From Chitinophagaceae bacterium (lineage in GTDB: Bacteria; Bacteroidota; Bacteroidia; Chitinophagales; Chitinophagaceae), in assembly GCA_049840875.1 (NCBI GenBank), contig JASGJE010000011.1, positions 695,978-759,977 on the forward strand: a stretch of DNA of 64,000 nt. The letters run 5' to 3'. Of this stretch, positions 1-10,089 are shown piece by piece. A program made the position numbers and the translations under genes. Under the pieces are notes generated by a model. It was not told where the DNA came from. It was given only the letters and a program-made list of their open reading frames with translations, and made no database searches. Each line of letters opens with the position of its first letter. Position 1 is the stretch's first letter.

Positions 1-1
1 T

Positions 2-2032
2 TCAGAAGTCACTCATCAGCTAAAAGAAATTAAATTTCCGGGAATTCCGGATACAAGCATTATCACATTTCATAAAAAAGATAGCAGGGAAAATGAATGG
101 ATATGCACATGGCAAGGTCTTTATAAAAAACAAAAAGGCGATGATCAATACAGACGATATGACTTAAGCGGTAAGGAAGGCGATGCAAGCAGTAACCAAA
201 TTACTTTTTTGTATGAAAGCAAGAAACACGGGTTATGGATATTAACCAATAATGGCCTCTTTTTATATAATTATACTACAGACAAAATTGAGCGACATGG
301 ATTTGATAAAACCAAGGGAGATATTTTTGTAACGCAAGATATCAATTCATTTTATGAAGATATCAAGGGTATAGCATGGGTAGGTACATGGCAGGGAGGG
401 TTAAGTCAATACAACGTTGAAACGGAGAAAATAAAAACATACACGTTAAATGATGGCTTGCCTTCCATGTGCATACAATCAATCATCGACGATGAAAAAA
501 ATAATACACTTTGGCTGAGTACATTTGACGGACTTAGCCGTTTCAATTTAAACACCAAGCAATTCAGCAACTTTTCAATAGCGGATGGTATACAAGGACA
601 GTTATTTGCTGATGCTTCGTTTTTAAAAACCTCAACTGGCCTGTTCGTATTTGGCGGAGCAAATGGAATAACAATTTTTAATCCTGATGATATCAGCAAG
701 AATTCTACTCCCCCTAAAGTATTCTTAACAGATTTAAAGCTCTTTAATAAATCAGTAGTGCCCGGAAAGAAATCCATTCTGCAAAAACCCGTTTATGAAA
801 CAGAACAGATAACCCTTACCCATAATCAAAATAACATTTCACTCGATTTTATTGCGCTTCACTATTCTAACCCAACGAAAAACAGGTATACCTATAAACT
901 TGAAAATTATGATAACGAATGGCGGGATATAGGTAATGTGCATGTTGCGTTTTATCCCAACTTACCACCTGGAGAATACACATTTCGTGTGAGAGCAGCG
1001 AATGATAAAGGAGTGTGGAACGAGCAAGGCGCAACAATAAAAATCATTGTGGAGGAACCGTGGTGGAAAACAACCTGGGCGTATATTTTGTATGCCTTTC
1101 TCTTCATTTTATTTTCCTTTATGGTTAACCGTTATCTGCGTTATCGACTAATCCAGAAGGAACGGCAGCGAAACCAGGCAAGGGAACTGGAGCAGGCAAA
1201 AGAAATAGAAAAAGCTTATCACAAACTGGAAGAAGCCCATGAAACATTAAAAGCAACACAATCACAATTGATCCAATCAGAAAAAATGGCGTCGCTTGGT
1301 GAATTAACCGCCGGCGTCGCACATGAGATACAAAATCCATTGAATTTCGTGAATAACTTTAGTGAAGTAAATAAAGAATTAGCAGATGAATTGCAATCAC
1401 AGTTAGCAATGGGCAATTTGCAATTGGCAGCAGAAATAACGAATGATATAAAAGATAATTCTGAAAAGATTAATCATCACGGTAAACGGGCTGATGCAAT
1501 TGTAAAAGGAATGCTGCAACATTCAAGAAAAAGCAGCGGTGAAAAAGAATTAACAGACATTAATTCTCTTGCAGATGAATATTTACGCCTATCGTATCAT
1601 GGGCTCCGCGCAAAGAACAAATCCTTTAATGCTAAAATTCAAACTGATTTTGATGATACAATTGATAAAATCAATATCATTCCGCAGGATATTGGAAGAG
1701 TCCTTTTGAATTTATATAACAATGCGTTCTATGCAACCTCCCTGCCCTCCAAAGGACACTTCTCAGGCTCCGATAAAAGTATTGATCCTACAATATGGGT
1801 AAGTACAAAAAAAATTGGCGATAAAGTTTTGATTTCAGTTCGTGATAATGGTAACGGCATTCCACAAAGCATTATTGATAAAATCTTTCAACCATTTTTT
1901 ACAACAAAACCAACCGGGCAGGGAACCGGACTTGGGTTATCTTTAGCATACGACATTATAAAAGCACATGGTGGCAATATTGAAGTTCATTCAGAAGAAG
2001 GAAAGGGATCGGAATTTGTCCTATTACTTTAG
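2..2032 (+). CDS. Sensor histidine kinase, 5'-truncated at the window edge. It has two-component regulator propeller / Y_Y_Y-like repeats, one TM helix, a coiled coil, a HisKA-like H-box (HEIQNPLNF) and a HATPase_c domain; there is no receiver domain
   Basis: The frame is open from nt 2 into the 209..2032 ORF. H-box, N/G-box motifs (DNGNGIP, GTGLGL) and the YTFRVRA Y_Y_Y signature are visible in the translation. Confidence 0.8.
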   Translation, partial: SEVTHQLKEIKFPGIPDTSIITFHKKDSRENEWICTWQGLYKKQKGDDQYRRYDLSGKEGDASSNQITFLYESKKHGLWILTNNGLFLYNYTTDKIERHGFDKTKGDIFVTQDINSFYEDIKGIAWVGTWQGGLSQYNVETEKIKTYTLNDGLPSMCIQSIIDDEKNNTLWLSTFDGLSRFNLNTKQFSNFSIADGIQGQLFADASFLKTSTGLFVFGGANGITIFNPDDISKNSTPPKVFLTDLKLFNKSVVPGKKSILQKPVYETEQITLTHNQNNISLDFIALHYSNPTKNRYTYKLENYDNEWRDIGNVHVAFYPNLPPGEYTFRVRAANDKGVWNEQGATIKIIVEEPWWKTTWAYILYAFLFILFSFMVNRYLRYRLIQKERQRNQARELEQAKEIEKAYHKLEEAHETLKATQSQLIQSEKMASLGELTAGVAHEIQNPLNFVNNFSEVNKELADELQSQLAMGNLQLAAEITNDIKDNSEKINHHGKRADAIVKGMLQHSRKSSGEKELTDINSLADEYLRLSYHGLRAKNKSFNAKIQTDFDDTIDKINIIPQDIGRVLLNLYNNAFYATSLPSKGHFSGSDKSIDPTIWVSTKKIGDKVLISVRDNGNGIPQSIIDKIFQPFFTTKPTGQGTGLGLSLAYDIIKAHGGNIEVHSEEGKGSEFVLLL

Positions 2033-2061
2033 CAAAAAAGTTATTCATAAACAGCATAGAA

Positions 2062-4044
2062 TTGAAAAAAAATCTTCTCGTTATTGCATTTCTTTTTTTC
2101 GTTGTCAATGGCATCGCACAACCCTTCAACGTCGATAGCCTGCGGAAAAAGATAGAAACGTCAAACCCGGATACCGTGCGGGTGCGGATGCTTGGCACTT
2201 TATCTACTTACTATAATCACAATCATCTCGACAGCGGGTTTTATTTTGTAAGACAAATGATCACGCTTTCGCAACAATTAAAATATACCTATGGTGAAGC
2301 CTGGGGCTTATCTATATTATCCACTTCTGCTGATCGCACCGGCGACATGGCAAAATCGCTGGAGATCGCTTTATCCTGCTTACATCTTGCTGAAAAATTA
2401 GCATACGGTAAGGAAGAAATGTTTTGCAGGGCATACACACAATTAGGCGTTGTAAATTTTTTAAATAATCATTACGATCAGTCAAGATCATATTTGCACA
2501 TTGCCCTGGCGTTTGCAAAAAAAGTTTATCCGAACGAAACATTCTATTACCAGATCTATTCACATCTTGGTAATACATTTCGCAGGCAAGGTTTACTGGA
2601 TTCATCTCTGTATTATAATCAAAAGGCCTATGCCCTCTCCTTGCATTCAAACGTAGTATTCTTTTTTCCCTATGTCAGAAATTGTTATGGCGATATTGAG
2701 ACGGCGCTCGGTAAAATGTCTGACGCTATACAGTTCTACCATTCAGCTATAGCCGAAGGATTACGCGTAAATCATCAGTTCCAATTATCTTATTCCTACA
2801 GCCAGATATCTGCTGTTTTTAATAAAATCGGCAAGCCCGACTCTTGTATCTACTTTGCCAAAAAATCACTTGAACTTTCGCAGCGTTATTATTTCGGAAC
2901 GTTTATCCCGGAGGCGGCAAATCAATTGGCCCTGGCGTTTGAAACTTTACATCAGCCCGACAGCGCACTGAAATATCTGCGCATTACAATGGATGTAAAA
3001 GATAAAGTAATGAATCAAACCAAGCAGCAACAATTTCAGTTACTTGAATTTGAAGAGCAGCAACGAAAAGAAAAACTGCTTGCCGAAAACCAGGAATTTA
3101 AAAACAAAGTGAGAACGGTAGTACTTATAGCCGCGGTTGTTATTCTGCTGGTGTCAATGATCTTTTTATACAGAAATAATCTTGCAAAACAGAAATCAAA
3201 TATTCGACTTACTGATAAAACAGAGCAATTGGAAAAGGCGATGCAGCATCTTCGACAGGCCCAGTCCCAATTGGTACATGCGGAAAAAATGGCTTCTCTC
3301 GGAGAACTCACGGCCGGCATTGCACATGAAATACAAAACCCACTGAATTTCGTAAATAATTTTGCTGAGATAAACAGGGATCTGATCGGCGAATTAAAAG
3401 AAGAAATTAAAAAAGGAAATATTGGAGAGGTAAGTGCGATAGCAGATGACATTGACGCCAACCATGAAAAAATAAATCATCATGGCAAAAGGGCTGACGC
3501 AATCGTAAAAGGAATGCTGCAACATAGCCGGCGTGACAGCGGTACAAAAGAGCTGACCGACATAAACAGATTGGCGGATGAATATCTCAGGTTATCCTAT
3601 CAGGGCCTTCGTGCAAAGGATAAATCATTCAACGCCGTGATGAAAACAGATTTTGACAAAAGCATTGACAAGATTAACATCATTCCACAGGATATTGGCA
3701 GAGTGCTTTTGAATTTATATAACAATGCGTTCTATGCAGCCGCCCTGCCTTCCAAAGGAGGGTTCTCAGACTCCGATAAACGTATTGATCCTACAATATG
3801 GGTAAGCACAAAAAAGCTTGGCGATAAAGTTTTGATTTCAGTTCGTGATAATGGCGATGGTATTCCGAAAAACACTATTGATAAAATATTTCAACCATTT
3901 TTTACCACCAAACCAGCAGGCCAGGGAACAGGATTGGGATTATCATTAAGCTACGACATCATCAAGGCGCATGGTGGTGAAATAAAAGTGGAAACAGAAG
4001 AAGGAAAAGGTTCTGAATTTATTATTACGTTACCTGTTGTATAA
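2062..4044 (+). CDS. Sensor histidine kinase with signal peptide, TPR-like repeats, TM helix, coiled coil and HisKA/HATPase module (TTG start)
   Basis: N-terminal signal peptide (MKKNLLVIAFLFFVVNGIAQ). The C-terminal ~280 aa are ~85-90% identical to the preceding kinase (HAEKMASLGELTAGIAHEIQNPLNFVNNF ... GQGTGLGLSL). Confidence 0.8.
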   Translation: MKKNLLVIAFLFFVVNGIAQPFNVDSLRKKIETSNPDTVRVRMLGTLSTYYNHNHLDSGFYFVRQMITLSQQLKYTYGEAWGLSILSTSADRTGDMAKSLEIALSCLHLAEKLAYGKEEMFCRAYTQLGVVNFLNNHYDQSRSYLHIALAFAKKVYPNETFYYQIYSHLGNTFRRQGLLDSSLYYNQKAYALSLHSNVVFFFPYVRNCYGDIETALGKMSDAIQFYHSAIAEGLRVNHQFQLSYSYSQISAVFNKIGKPDSCIYFAKKSLELSQRYYFGTFIPEAANQLALAFETLHQPDSALKYLRITMDVKDKVMNQTKQQQFQLLEFEEQQRKEKLLAENQEFKNKVRTVVLIAAVVILLVSMIFLYRNNLAKQKSNIRLTDKTEQLEKAMQHLRQAQSQLVHAEKMASLGELTAGIAHEIQNPLNFVNNFAEINRDLIGELKEEIKKGNIGEVSAIADDIDANHEKINHHGKRADAIVKGMLQHSRRDSGTKELTDINRLADEYLRLSYQGLRAKDKSFNAVMKTDFDKSIDKINIIPQDIGRVLLNLYNNAFYAAALPSKGGFSDSDKRIDPTIWVSTKKLGDKVLISVRDNGDGIPKNTIDKIFQPFFTTKPAGQGTGLGLSLSYDIIKAHGGEIKVETEEGKGSEFIITLPVV

Positions 4045-4055
4045 TTCGTGGTTGT

Positions 4056-6146
4056 TTATTTAAAATATCTTGATGCCCATTCTAAAAAATAAGGCCAGTT
4101 TGGTCCGGTTGTATGTCCGCCACTATGTTGCCTGAATGCAATATCTCCTTCTATCAATCCATTTTCCATTGGCGGAAATTCAGTTGTGCCCAAATCTTTT
4201 TTACCTAAAAGTTTATATACCGGTCCTGCATTCACGCCGGTTAAAAACATTCCTCTCGCATCCACCCATTGTCCTTCTACCGTTGGCGAACCTACGCTGA
4301 TAAAAACAGGTCGCGGTGCGCATAAAGCCAGTAACTCGTGTGCATCTACTGGTAAATCATTTGGCGTTTTTGGTCCTGCATATTTAATAAAATTTCCGGC
4401 AAACCAATGATACTCTCCGGAACCTGCAAGATTTTCTACCTGCTCACCAAATACACGGCGAAGAATTTTCGTACCGCCGGCTCCTGATGAACCTATAAAT
4501 CCTATAGCGATCCGGGAATCATAAGCCATTGCAACTACTGCCGCTTTACCATAACGGGACAATCCCTCAATAGCAATCTTCTTTGCATCGACAGATTTAT
4601 CTGTTTCAAAATAATCAATAGCCCGACTGGCGCCCCATGCCCATGCACGCAAGGCGCCCCAATCATCTGCTTTGCGTGGTTGACCTTTATTTACCAATCC
4701 GATAATTCCTTCTGTCAACCCCGCACCGTTATCCGCTTGAAAACTTGTTGGAATAATTATCGCATAACCCCAACCTTTAGATAGCACTTGTTCCTGCCAG
4801 CTTTTTACCACTGGCGTACCCGGCGGTGGATCAGGAAAGCGAAACCACGGTGGAAAAACAAAAGAAAATTCCATGACTACCGGCACAGGTGTTTTACTAT
4901 CTGCCGGTATTGTCAATGAAAGATCAATATCGGCTTTACCTTGTAGGTAACTTGAATTATCTGTATGTCCAACCAACTTCTTCGTGATCGCATGAATGCC
5001 ACCAATAATAGTATCCGTTGAAGTTATAATCTGCCAGGTTACTTTAGGAACATTCTTCGGAACACGGCCGTAAACTTCTTTATCAAAATCTTCTTCTATC
5101 TCAGCCCTTCTTTTCTTCCACCACATATCCGTTGTTGTTACTTTCTTTCCATTTTTTAAAATCAACGGATCAGGAATCGAGGAATAAGGATTGGCTTTTG
5201 ATTCATCTGTATTTGCAGCATCAGGAGCTTGCGGATTGCCGGAAGGACCTTTTCTTGTTGAAGTGATATGAAGCAATTGCAGCATTTTCGCATAATCAGC
5301 TTCCGTTGCTTTTTGTGTAGCAATACGAACACTGTCTCGATGCTGCCAATCCTTTATATACTCCGCAACCTCAAGCATCGGCGCCACCCAAATATCTTTT
5401 TGATTATCTTTTAAAAAATGAAGCAACTGGCTGTGTGCCTCTAATGAAACGTTGATTGCATGTTCGCCGCCTACGCCATGGAAAAGAAATACCAATAAGG
5501 AATTTGTACTCATTGCTTTCTTTACCAGTTCAATCATCTGATCTCCTGATTCACCGTTCATAGCATAGCAATCTGTATTGTATAGATCCACTTCATTTAT
5601 CCGGTGCATTTCGTGACGCACCGCTCGTGCTGCTACAAAATCATTCTTCATACCGTTCATGAATGATGAATCACCGATTTTCATATCGCCACAGGTGTAA
5701 GCAAACGTTCTTTTTGTTTTTCCATCAATCGCTTCGAGGAAAATGTTAGTCATTCTCGTTTCATCTACCATTCGCCTGACTGAATAGTTATTCATATCAT
5801 AGTCTTTCGATACCCATTCACGTCCAGTACCGCCGATACAGGGATGGAATAGAGTGTGATTACCTAATTCATAACCTTTAGCCGCAGCCTTCCTCCAATC
5901 GGCAATACGTTTACTGCAGGCTGGTGAGTAAGCGGTAAGATAAAATGTTGCCTTCATGTCCAATGAATCGAGCAAAGGAATTACATGATCGAGGTGTGTG
6001 TTCAATGCATCATCATAAGTCAACACTACCGCACATTTCTTTCCCGGCCACGGCGAAAAACTTTGGGCTGATAGATTTCCAATTGCGAAAACAGCAATTA
6101 CCAGGTAAACTATTTTCTGTAGCAAATTTTCTTTTAAACAACTCAT
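4056..6146 (-). CDS. Bifunctional carbohydrate esterase: N-terminal NodB/CE4 polysaccharide deacetylase domain fused to a C-terminal CE15-like glucuronoyl esterase domain
   Basis: Signal peptide. NodB-like VVLTYDDALNTHLDHV motif. C-terminal GLSRYGKAAVVAMAYDSRIAIGFIGSSGAGG matches the CE15 GCSRxGK...AFDERIAL...SGAGG catalytic region. Confidence 0.7.
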   Translation of the reverse strand: MSCLKENLLQKIVYLVIAVFAIGNLSAQSFSPWPGKKCAVVLTYDDALNTHLDHVIPLLDSLDMKATFYLTAYSPACSKRIADWRKAAAKGYELGNHTLFHPCIGGTGREWVSKDYDMNNYSVRRMVDETRMTNIFLEAIDGKTKRTFAYTCGDMKIGDSSFMNGMKNDFVAARAVRHEMHRINEVDLYNTDCYAMNGESGDQMIELVKKAMSTNSLLVFLFHGVGGEHAINVSLEAHSQLLHFLKDNQKDIWVAPMLEVAEYIKDWQHRDSVRIATQKATEADYAKMLQLLHITSTRKGPSGNPQAPDAANTDESKANPYSSIPDPLILKNGKKVTTTDMWWKKRRAEIEEDFDKEVYGRVPKNVPKVTWQIITSTDTIIGGIHAITKKLVGHTDNSSYLQGKADIDLSLTIPADSKTPVPVVMEFSFVFPPWFRFPDPPPGTPVVKSWQEQVLSKGWGYAIIIPTSFQADNGAGLTEGIIGLVNKGQPRKADDWGALRAWAWGASRAIDYFETDKSVDAKKIAIEGLSRYGKAAVVAMAYDSRIAIGFIGSSGAGGTKILRRVFGEQVENLAGSGEYHWFAGNFIKYAGPKTPNDLPVDAHELLALCAPRPVFISVGSPTVEGQWVDARGMFLTGVNAGPVYKLLGKKDLGTTEFPPMENGLIEGDIAFRQHSGGHTTGPNWPYFLEWASRYFK

Positions 6147-6164
6147 ACAAATAATTTTAGTCTA

Positions 6165-8093
6165 TTATTTCGCTTGTGCTTCAAATGGCGAAGCCGGTAA
6201 TCCTTCTTTGTTACAAAGATTCGCTCCTGCCGGATTATCAGCCCATGCGTATCGAACATAAACCGGCTCGGCTACCTTATCGCTCCAAACAATGATTTTA
6301 TCGCCTTCAATTTTTGCATTGGCCCATGTAAACTTTTTATCCGTCCCGGCTATTGCCAACTGCTTTAACTCGTCACCATCATTTGTTTTCAGGCCTGAAC
6401 CAGTATTGGTAAAATTGATTATTACTTTATTTCCGTCAACAGATGCTGACTGATATAAAGGACCGGAGTAAACAATATTTTCACTGTAAGCAACTTTCTC
6501 AGCTGCTAATGCTAATCGGTAGCCGACATCTTTTTTATTCAACGGATGTATATCATTCCATTCGCCCAGCCCGATTGTCACCGCCATGCCAGTATTTGGA
6601 ACAGAAAGTGTTGTTAATTGCGCATTCCTCAATTCAGCCCATCTGCTTTCAGAAGGCAGATAATTTACTTCCATAAAATCCGGCAACTGCACATACAAAA
6701 ATGGCAGCGATGCGTTGCCACATTGCTTGCGCCAATCATTAATCAATGCCGGTAATAAACGATTATACAATGACGGCTCATTGGCATTTGCTTCACCCTG
6801 GTACCATAAAAATCCTTTTGTTGTATAATTCTTTACAGGCGCTAACATTGCATTATATAGAGCAGTCGGTTGATATTGTAACGAAATAGTTTCAACATAT
6901 TGCACCGGAGGAAATACCTGGCCAACTTTATACAACCACTCTCCTTTTAAATCCACTGTATCTTTTGCAGTTGCGATGTAATAAGGCTTACCTGGCACAA
7001 ACCCACCTTTTCCTGAAAAATTGGAAACACGAACCGTTATAATATTTTTTCCCGGTTTTAAAATACCGGAAGAGATTTCATATCGCCTCGGCGGATATTG
7101 ATATGTGATGTTGCCAACTAATTTCCCATTGATGTAAATTTCATCTGCATCGATAATGCGTCCCATGAATAGTTTAGCTGGTACATCAGGCATGCCGGAG
7201 GGTAATTCAATCTCCTTACGATACCACACAACGCCATCAAGATCTTTTATCCCCTGGTCTTCCCAATAGCCGGGTATCATTATTTTATTCCAGCCTTTTA
7301 GTTCATAAGAAAGATCGTACCATTTTATATTTTCTGAAAGTCCCTTATCATCATCACGTTTAGGGCTATTGGCTAAATTAATTGCTGCAGCCTTCCTGTT
7401 AATGTTATTTACAGTTGCAGTGTCTTTATTCTTTTTGACAGTGTTGATTATATCCGGAAACTTATTTAACCCATCTTCACTTATCCATGCTTGTATGGGA
7501 GTGCCACCTACACTTGCGTTAATCAACCCGATCGGCACTTTGTATTTTTCGTAAATCGTTTTTGCAAAAAAATAAGCAGTAGCAGAAAACTGAAGAACGT
7601 CTTTTGATACAGCAGATTTCCAATAACTCAGTGGAAGATCGTCAAGCGGATGCATTAAATCGGTTGTCGTCGGAATAAAAAACTGCCTGATTTCATTATA
7701 CTTTGCATTTGCTATTTCTTCCGGGTATTTTTCCTTTACTCTCTCCATCGGAAGCACCATATTGGATTGGCCAGAGCATATCCAAACATCACCAACCAAA
7801 ATATCTTTCAACGTTATTGTATTACTGCCATTAATCTCCATCGTATATGGCCCACCTGCTTTCGTTGGTGACAACAACACAGTCCATTTGCCGTCTGTAG
7901 CAGCTACTGTTTTATAATTCTTATCATTAAAATGAATTCTGATTTTTTCGCCTTTGCTTGCCCAGCCCCAAATTTTTACAGGTACATCGCGTTGCAATAC
8001 CATACTATCACGTACCAACGCTGGTAACCTGATCTGCGCGGTTGCGTTGACCGATAATAAAAAAGCAATCATTAAAAAAGAGAGATATCTCAT
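6165..8093 (-). CDS. SASA/DUF303-family carbohydrate O-acetylesterase (sialate-O-acetylesterase-like; probable acetylxylan esterase)
   Basis: Signal peptide; the GDVWICSGQSNM catalytic Ser motif of SGNH/SASA esterases. Confidence 0.75.
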   Translation of the reverse strand: MRYLSFLMIAFLLSVNATAQIRLPALVRDSMVLQRDVPVKIWGWASKGEKIRIHFNDKNYKTVAATDGKWTVLLSPTKAGGPYTMEINGSNTITLKDILVGDVWICSGQSNMVLPMERVKEKYPEEIANAKYNEIRQFFIPTTTDLMHPLDDLPLSYWKSAVSKDVLQFSATAYFFAKTIYEKYKVPIGLINASVGGTPIQAWISEDGLNKFPDIINTVKKNKDTATVNNINRKAAAINLANSPKRDDDKGLSENIKWYDLSYELKGWNKIMIPGYWEDQGIKDLDGVVWYRKEIELPSGMPDVPAKLFMGRIIDADEIYINGKLVGNITYQYPPRRYEISSGILKPGKNIITVRVSNFSGKGGFVPGKPYYIATAKDTVDLKGEWLYKVGQVFPPVQYVETISLQYQPTALYNAMLAPVKNYTTKGFLWYQGEANANEPSLYNRLLPALINDWRKQCGNASLPFLYVQLPDFMEVNYLPSESRWAELRNAQLTTLSVPNTGMAVTIGLGEWNDIHPLNKKDVGYRLALAAEKVAYSENIVYSGPLYQSASVDGNKVIINFTNTGSGLKTNDGDELKQLAIAGTDKKFTWANAKIEGDKIIVWSDKVAEPVYVRYAWADNPAGANLCNKEGLPASPFEAQAK

Positions 8094-8106
8094 TTGATCG
8101 CCAGTA

Positions 8107-9195
8107 TTACTTAAATGGATTTATTGTTTGAATAGAACCATCATCATTATATTTCAGCTCCGTCACTTTTACATTGCGTAAATGAGTTTTTCCCGACAGT
8201 TGTACGTCGTGATAAAACAAATACCACTTGCCACCGATCTCTACTATTGAATGATGATTCGTCCAGCCTTCAACAGGCTTTAGTATCACACCCTGGTAAG
8301 TAAACGGCCCATAAGGGCTATCGCCTGTAGCATAGCAAATAAAATGAGTATCACCGGTGGAATAAGAAAAATAATACTTGCCTTTATACTTGTGCATCCA
8401 CGATGCTTCGAAAAATCGCTTGTCATTATCTTTTTCGTAAAAAGGTTTACCATCTTTTCCAACAATGCTTACTTCTTTCACCTCTCCGGTAAAACTTTTC
8501 ATGTCTTTGTTGAGTTTCGCAACTCGTGGTAGAATAGCAATATCTTCCAGCTTCCTGTTCTTTGCTGAAGAATCATACTTATTGTTATTCCATCGCTGTA
8601 GTTGTCCGCCCCAAATACCACCAAAATACATGTAGAACGAACCATCATCATCTTTGAATACGCAAGGATCGATACTGTAACTGCCTTTTATCGGTTGTGC
8701 TTCTGCAACGAATGGCCCCTGAGGGTTTTTGCCTGTTGCAACGCCAATTCTGAAAACATCTTGCTTGTCTTTTGCCGGAAAATAGAGATAGTAAATGCCA
8801 TTTGCATAAGCAGCATCTGGCGCCCATAGTTGCCGGCCAGCCCATGGAATATCTTTCAGATGCAATGCAATTCCATTATCGGTAACAGCACCCCCAACTG
8901 AATCCATTGAAAGAATGTGATAGTCCATCATGTTGAAATGACTGCCGAGATCATCTTCAGGTATTCCGGTTGCTGTATCATGAGAGGGGTAAATGTAAAT
9001 TTTTCCGTTAAATACGTGAGCTGAAGGATCGGCTGTATAGATATTGGATACAAGTGGTTGTGAAAGATATTCTTTCTTTTTCACCACCAATGTATCTTTT
9101 GGTTTTTCAACAACAGCCGTATTCGTTTCATTATTACAAGCTGATAACAATAGTACAGCGACTACAACAGCAAGCATCGTTGAATGCAGTTTCAT
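8107..9195 (-). CDS. GH43 glycoside hydrolase (beta-xylosidase/alpha-L-arabinofuranosidase-like), lipoprotein
   Basis: GH43 five-bladed propeller motifs (WAPDAAYANGIYYLYF, DPCVFKDDDGSFYMYFGG); internal ATG gives the lipoprotein signal MKLHSTMLAVVVAVLLLSAC. The ORF track extends to a GTG at 9240. Confidence 0.8.
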   Translation of the reverse strand: MKLHSTMLAVVVAVLLLSACNNETNTAVVEKPKDTLVVKKKEYLSQPLVSNIYTADPSAHVFNGKIYIYPSHDTATGIPEDDLGSHFNMMDYHILSMDSVGGAVTDNGIALHLKDIPWAGRQLWAPDAAYANGIYYLYFPAKDKQDVFRIGVATGKNPQGPFVAEAQPIKGSYSIDPCVFKDDDGSFYMYFGGIWGGQLQRWNNNKYDSSAKNRKLEDIAILPRVAKLNKDMKSFTGEVKEVSIVGKDGKPFYEKDNDKRFFEASWMHKYKGKYYFSYSTGDTHFICYATGDSPYGPFTYQGVILKPVEGWTNHHSIVEIGGKWYLFYHDVQLSGKTHLRNVKVTELKYNDDGSIQTINPFK

Positions 9196-9269
9196 TTTGC
9201 AGAGTTTAAATGTTGAACGTAGGGCAAACTTATATTTCACAAATAAAAAAGCATGTAACTGACGCTGGC

Positions 9270-10037
9270 TTACGCTTCATCTTCTTCGTCCTTATTTTTT
9301 TCTATTGTCCATTTTCCGCCAACAAAGTCTCTTTCCATTGAGTATCCATAATTTAAATTGAAAACCTTGTTGAGCGTTTTATCCCGTAATATCATCTGTT
9401 CTAATGCGACTAACCTGATATCATCCGGCATTTGGTCGCCAGTCAAAAACTGCCAATCGCCGTCTATATTATGAACAACTCTTAATATGGGCTTGTTAAG
9501 GTCTAACCATTGTCTCGTTGTAAATATTCCTAAATTTTTTGCTTCTCTGAATTTAAATTCACTATTTCTATCGAGCAGAGGCTGGTCATGCAAAAATTTT
9601 TTTTCGAAATTTTCTTCCCAGGGAAATTTATCATTTCTGTCTGTCCAAACAAGCTGAACAGCAGGGAAGTTGACTTCGCTGTAATAGTTTAATGCTGCTC
9701 CAAAATAGTCATCTACACTTCTGCTATCAACTGGCAAAAATTCCGCTCTGCTGTCTCTAAAAATATTACTATAGTTACTATAGGTCTTTATGGTCTCGCC
9801 ATTTTTTATTAGTTCTGCAACGTCATTAATGATTTCGTGTCCGAGTTTGTTTGGCAAACCGAAACAAATTATCTCTGGATGCTTATAAGTTTCAAATAGT
9901 CCAATGCTGTACGCAAAAGAAGGAGAATAGTCAGAACCGCTCACCATTATTACTTGTAATCCGTATTTGGCAATGTTGGTTTTTGTCTCAACAAGTAGCT
10001 GCTCTTTGCTTATACAATTATGTTCTTGTTCAGTCAT
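9270..10037 (-). CDS. Hypothetical protein with a DUF4262-like N-terminal domain (FAYSIGL...HPEIICFGLP)
   Basis: ORF with a motif resembling DUF4262. No catalytic motifs recognised. The probable ATG start is at 10037 (ORF track: TTG at 10061). Confidence 0.45.
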   Translation of the reverse strand: MTEQEHNCISKEQLLVETKTNIAKYGLQVIMVSGSDYSPSFAYSIGLFETYKHPEIICFGLPNKLGHEIINDVAELIKNGETIKTYSNYSNIFRDSRAEFLPVDSRSVDDYFGAALNYYSEVNFPAVQLVWTDRNDKFPWEENFEKKFLHDQPLLDRNSEFKFREAKNLGIFTTRQWLDLNKPILRVVHNIDGDWQFLTGDQMPDDIRLVALEQMILRDKTLNKVFNLNYGYSMERDFVGGKWTIEKNKDEEDEA

Positions 10038-10089
10038 TTTGTATCGCTTTGCAGTTAACAATAGTAGGTTTTATGTCAAGGCAAAATCT

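Noticed and set aside
3036-3461. 141-aa minus-strand ORF
   Set aside because: Antisense shadow ORF inside the well-supported histidine kinase. The same applies to 406-777, 1125-1416, 2312-2650, 12801-13575, 29184-29708, 35277-35820, 40560-40997, 55563-56044, 60619-61160 and 62675-63308.
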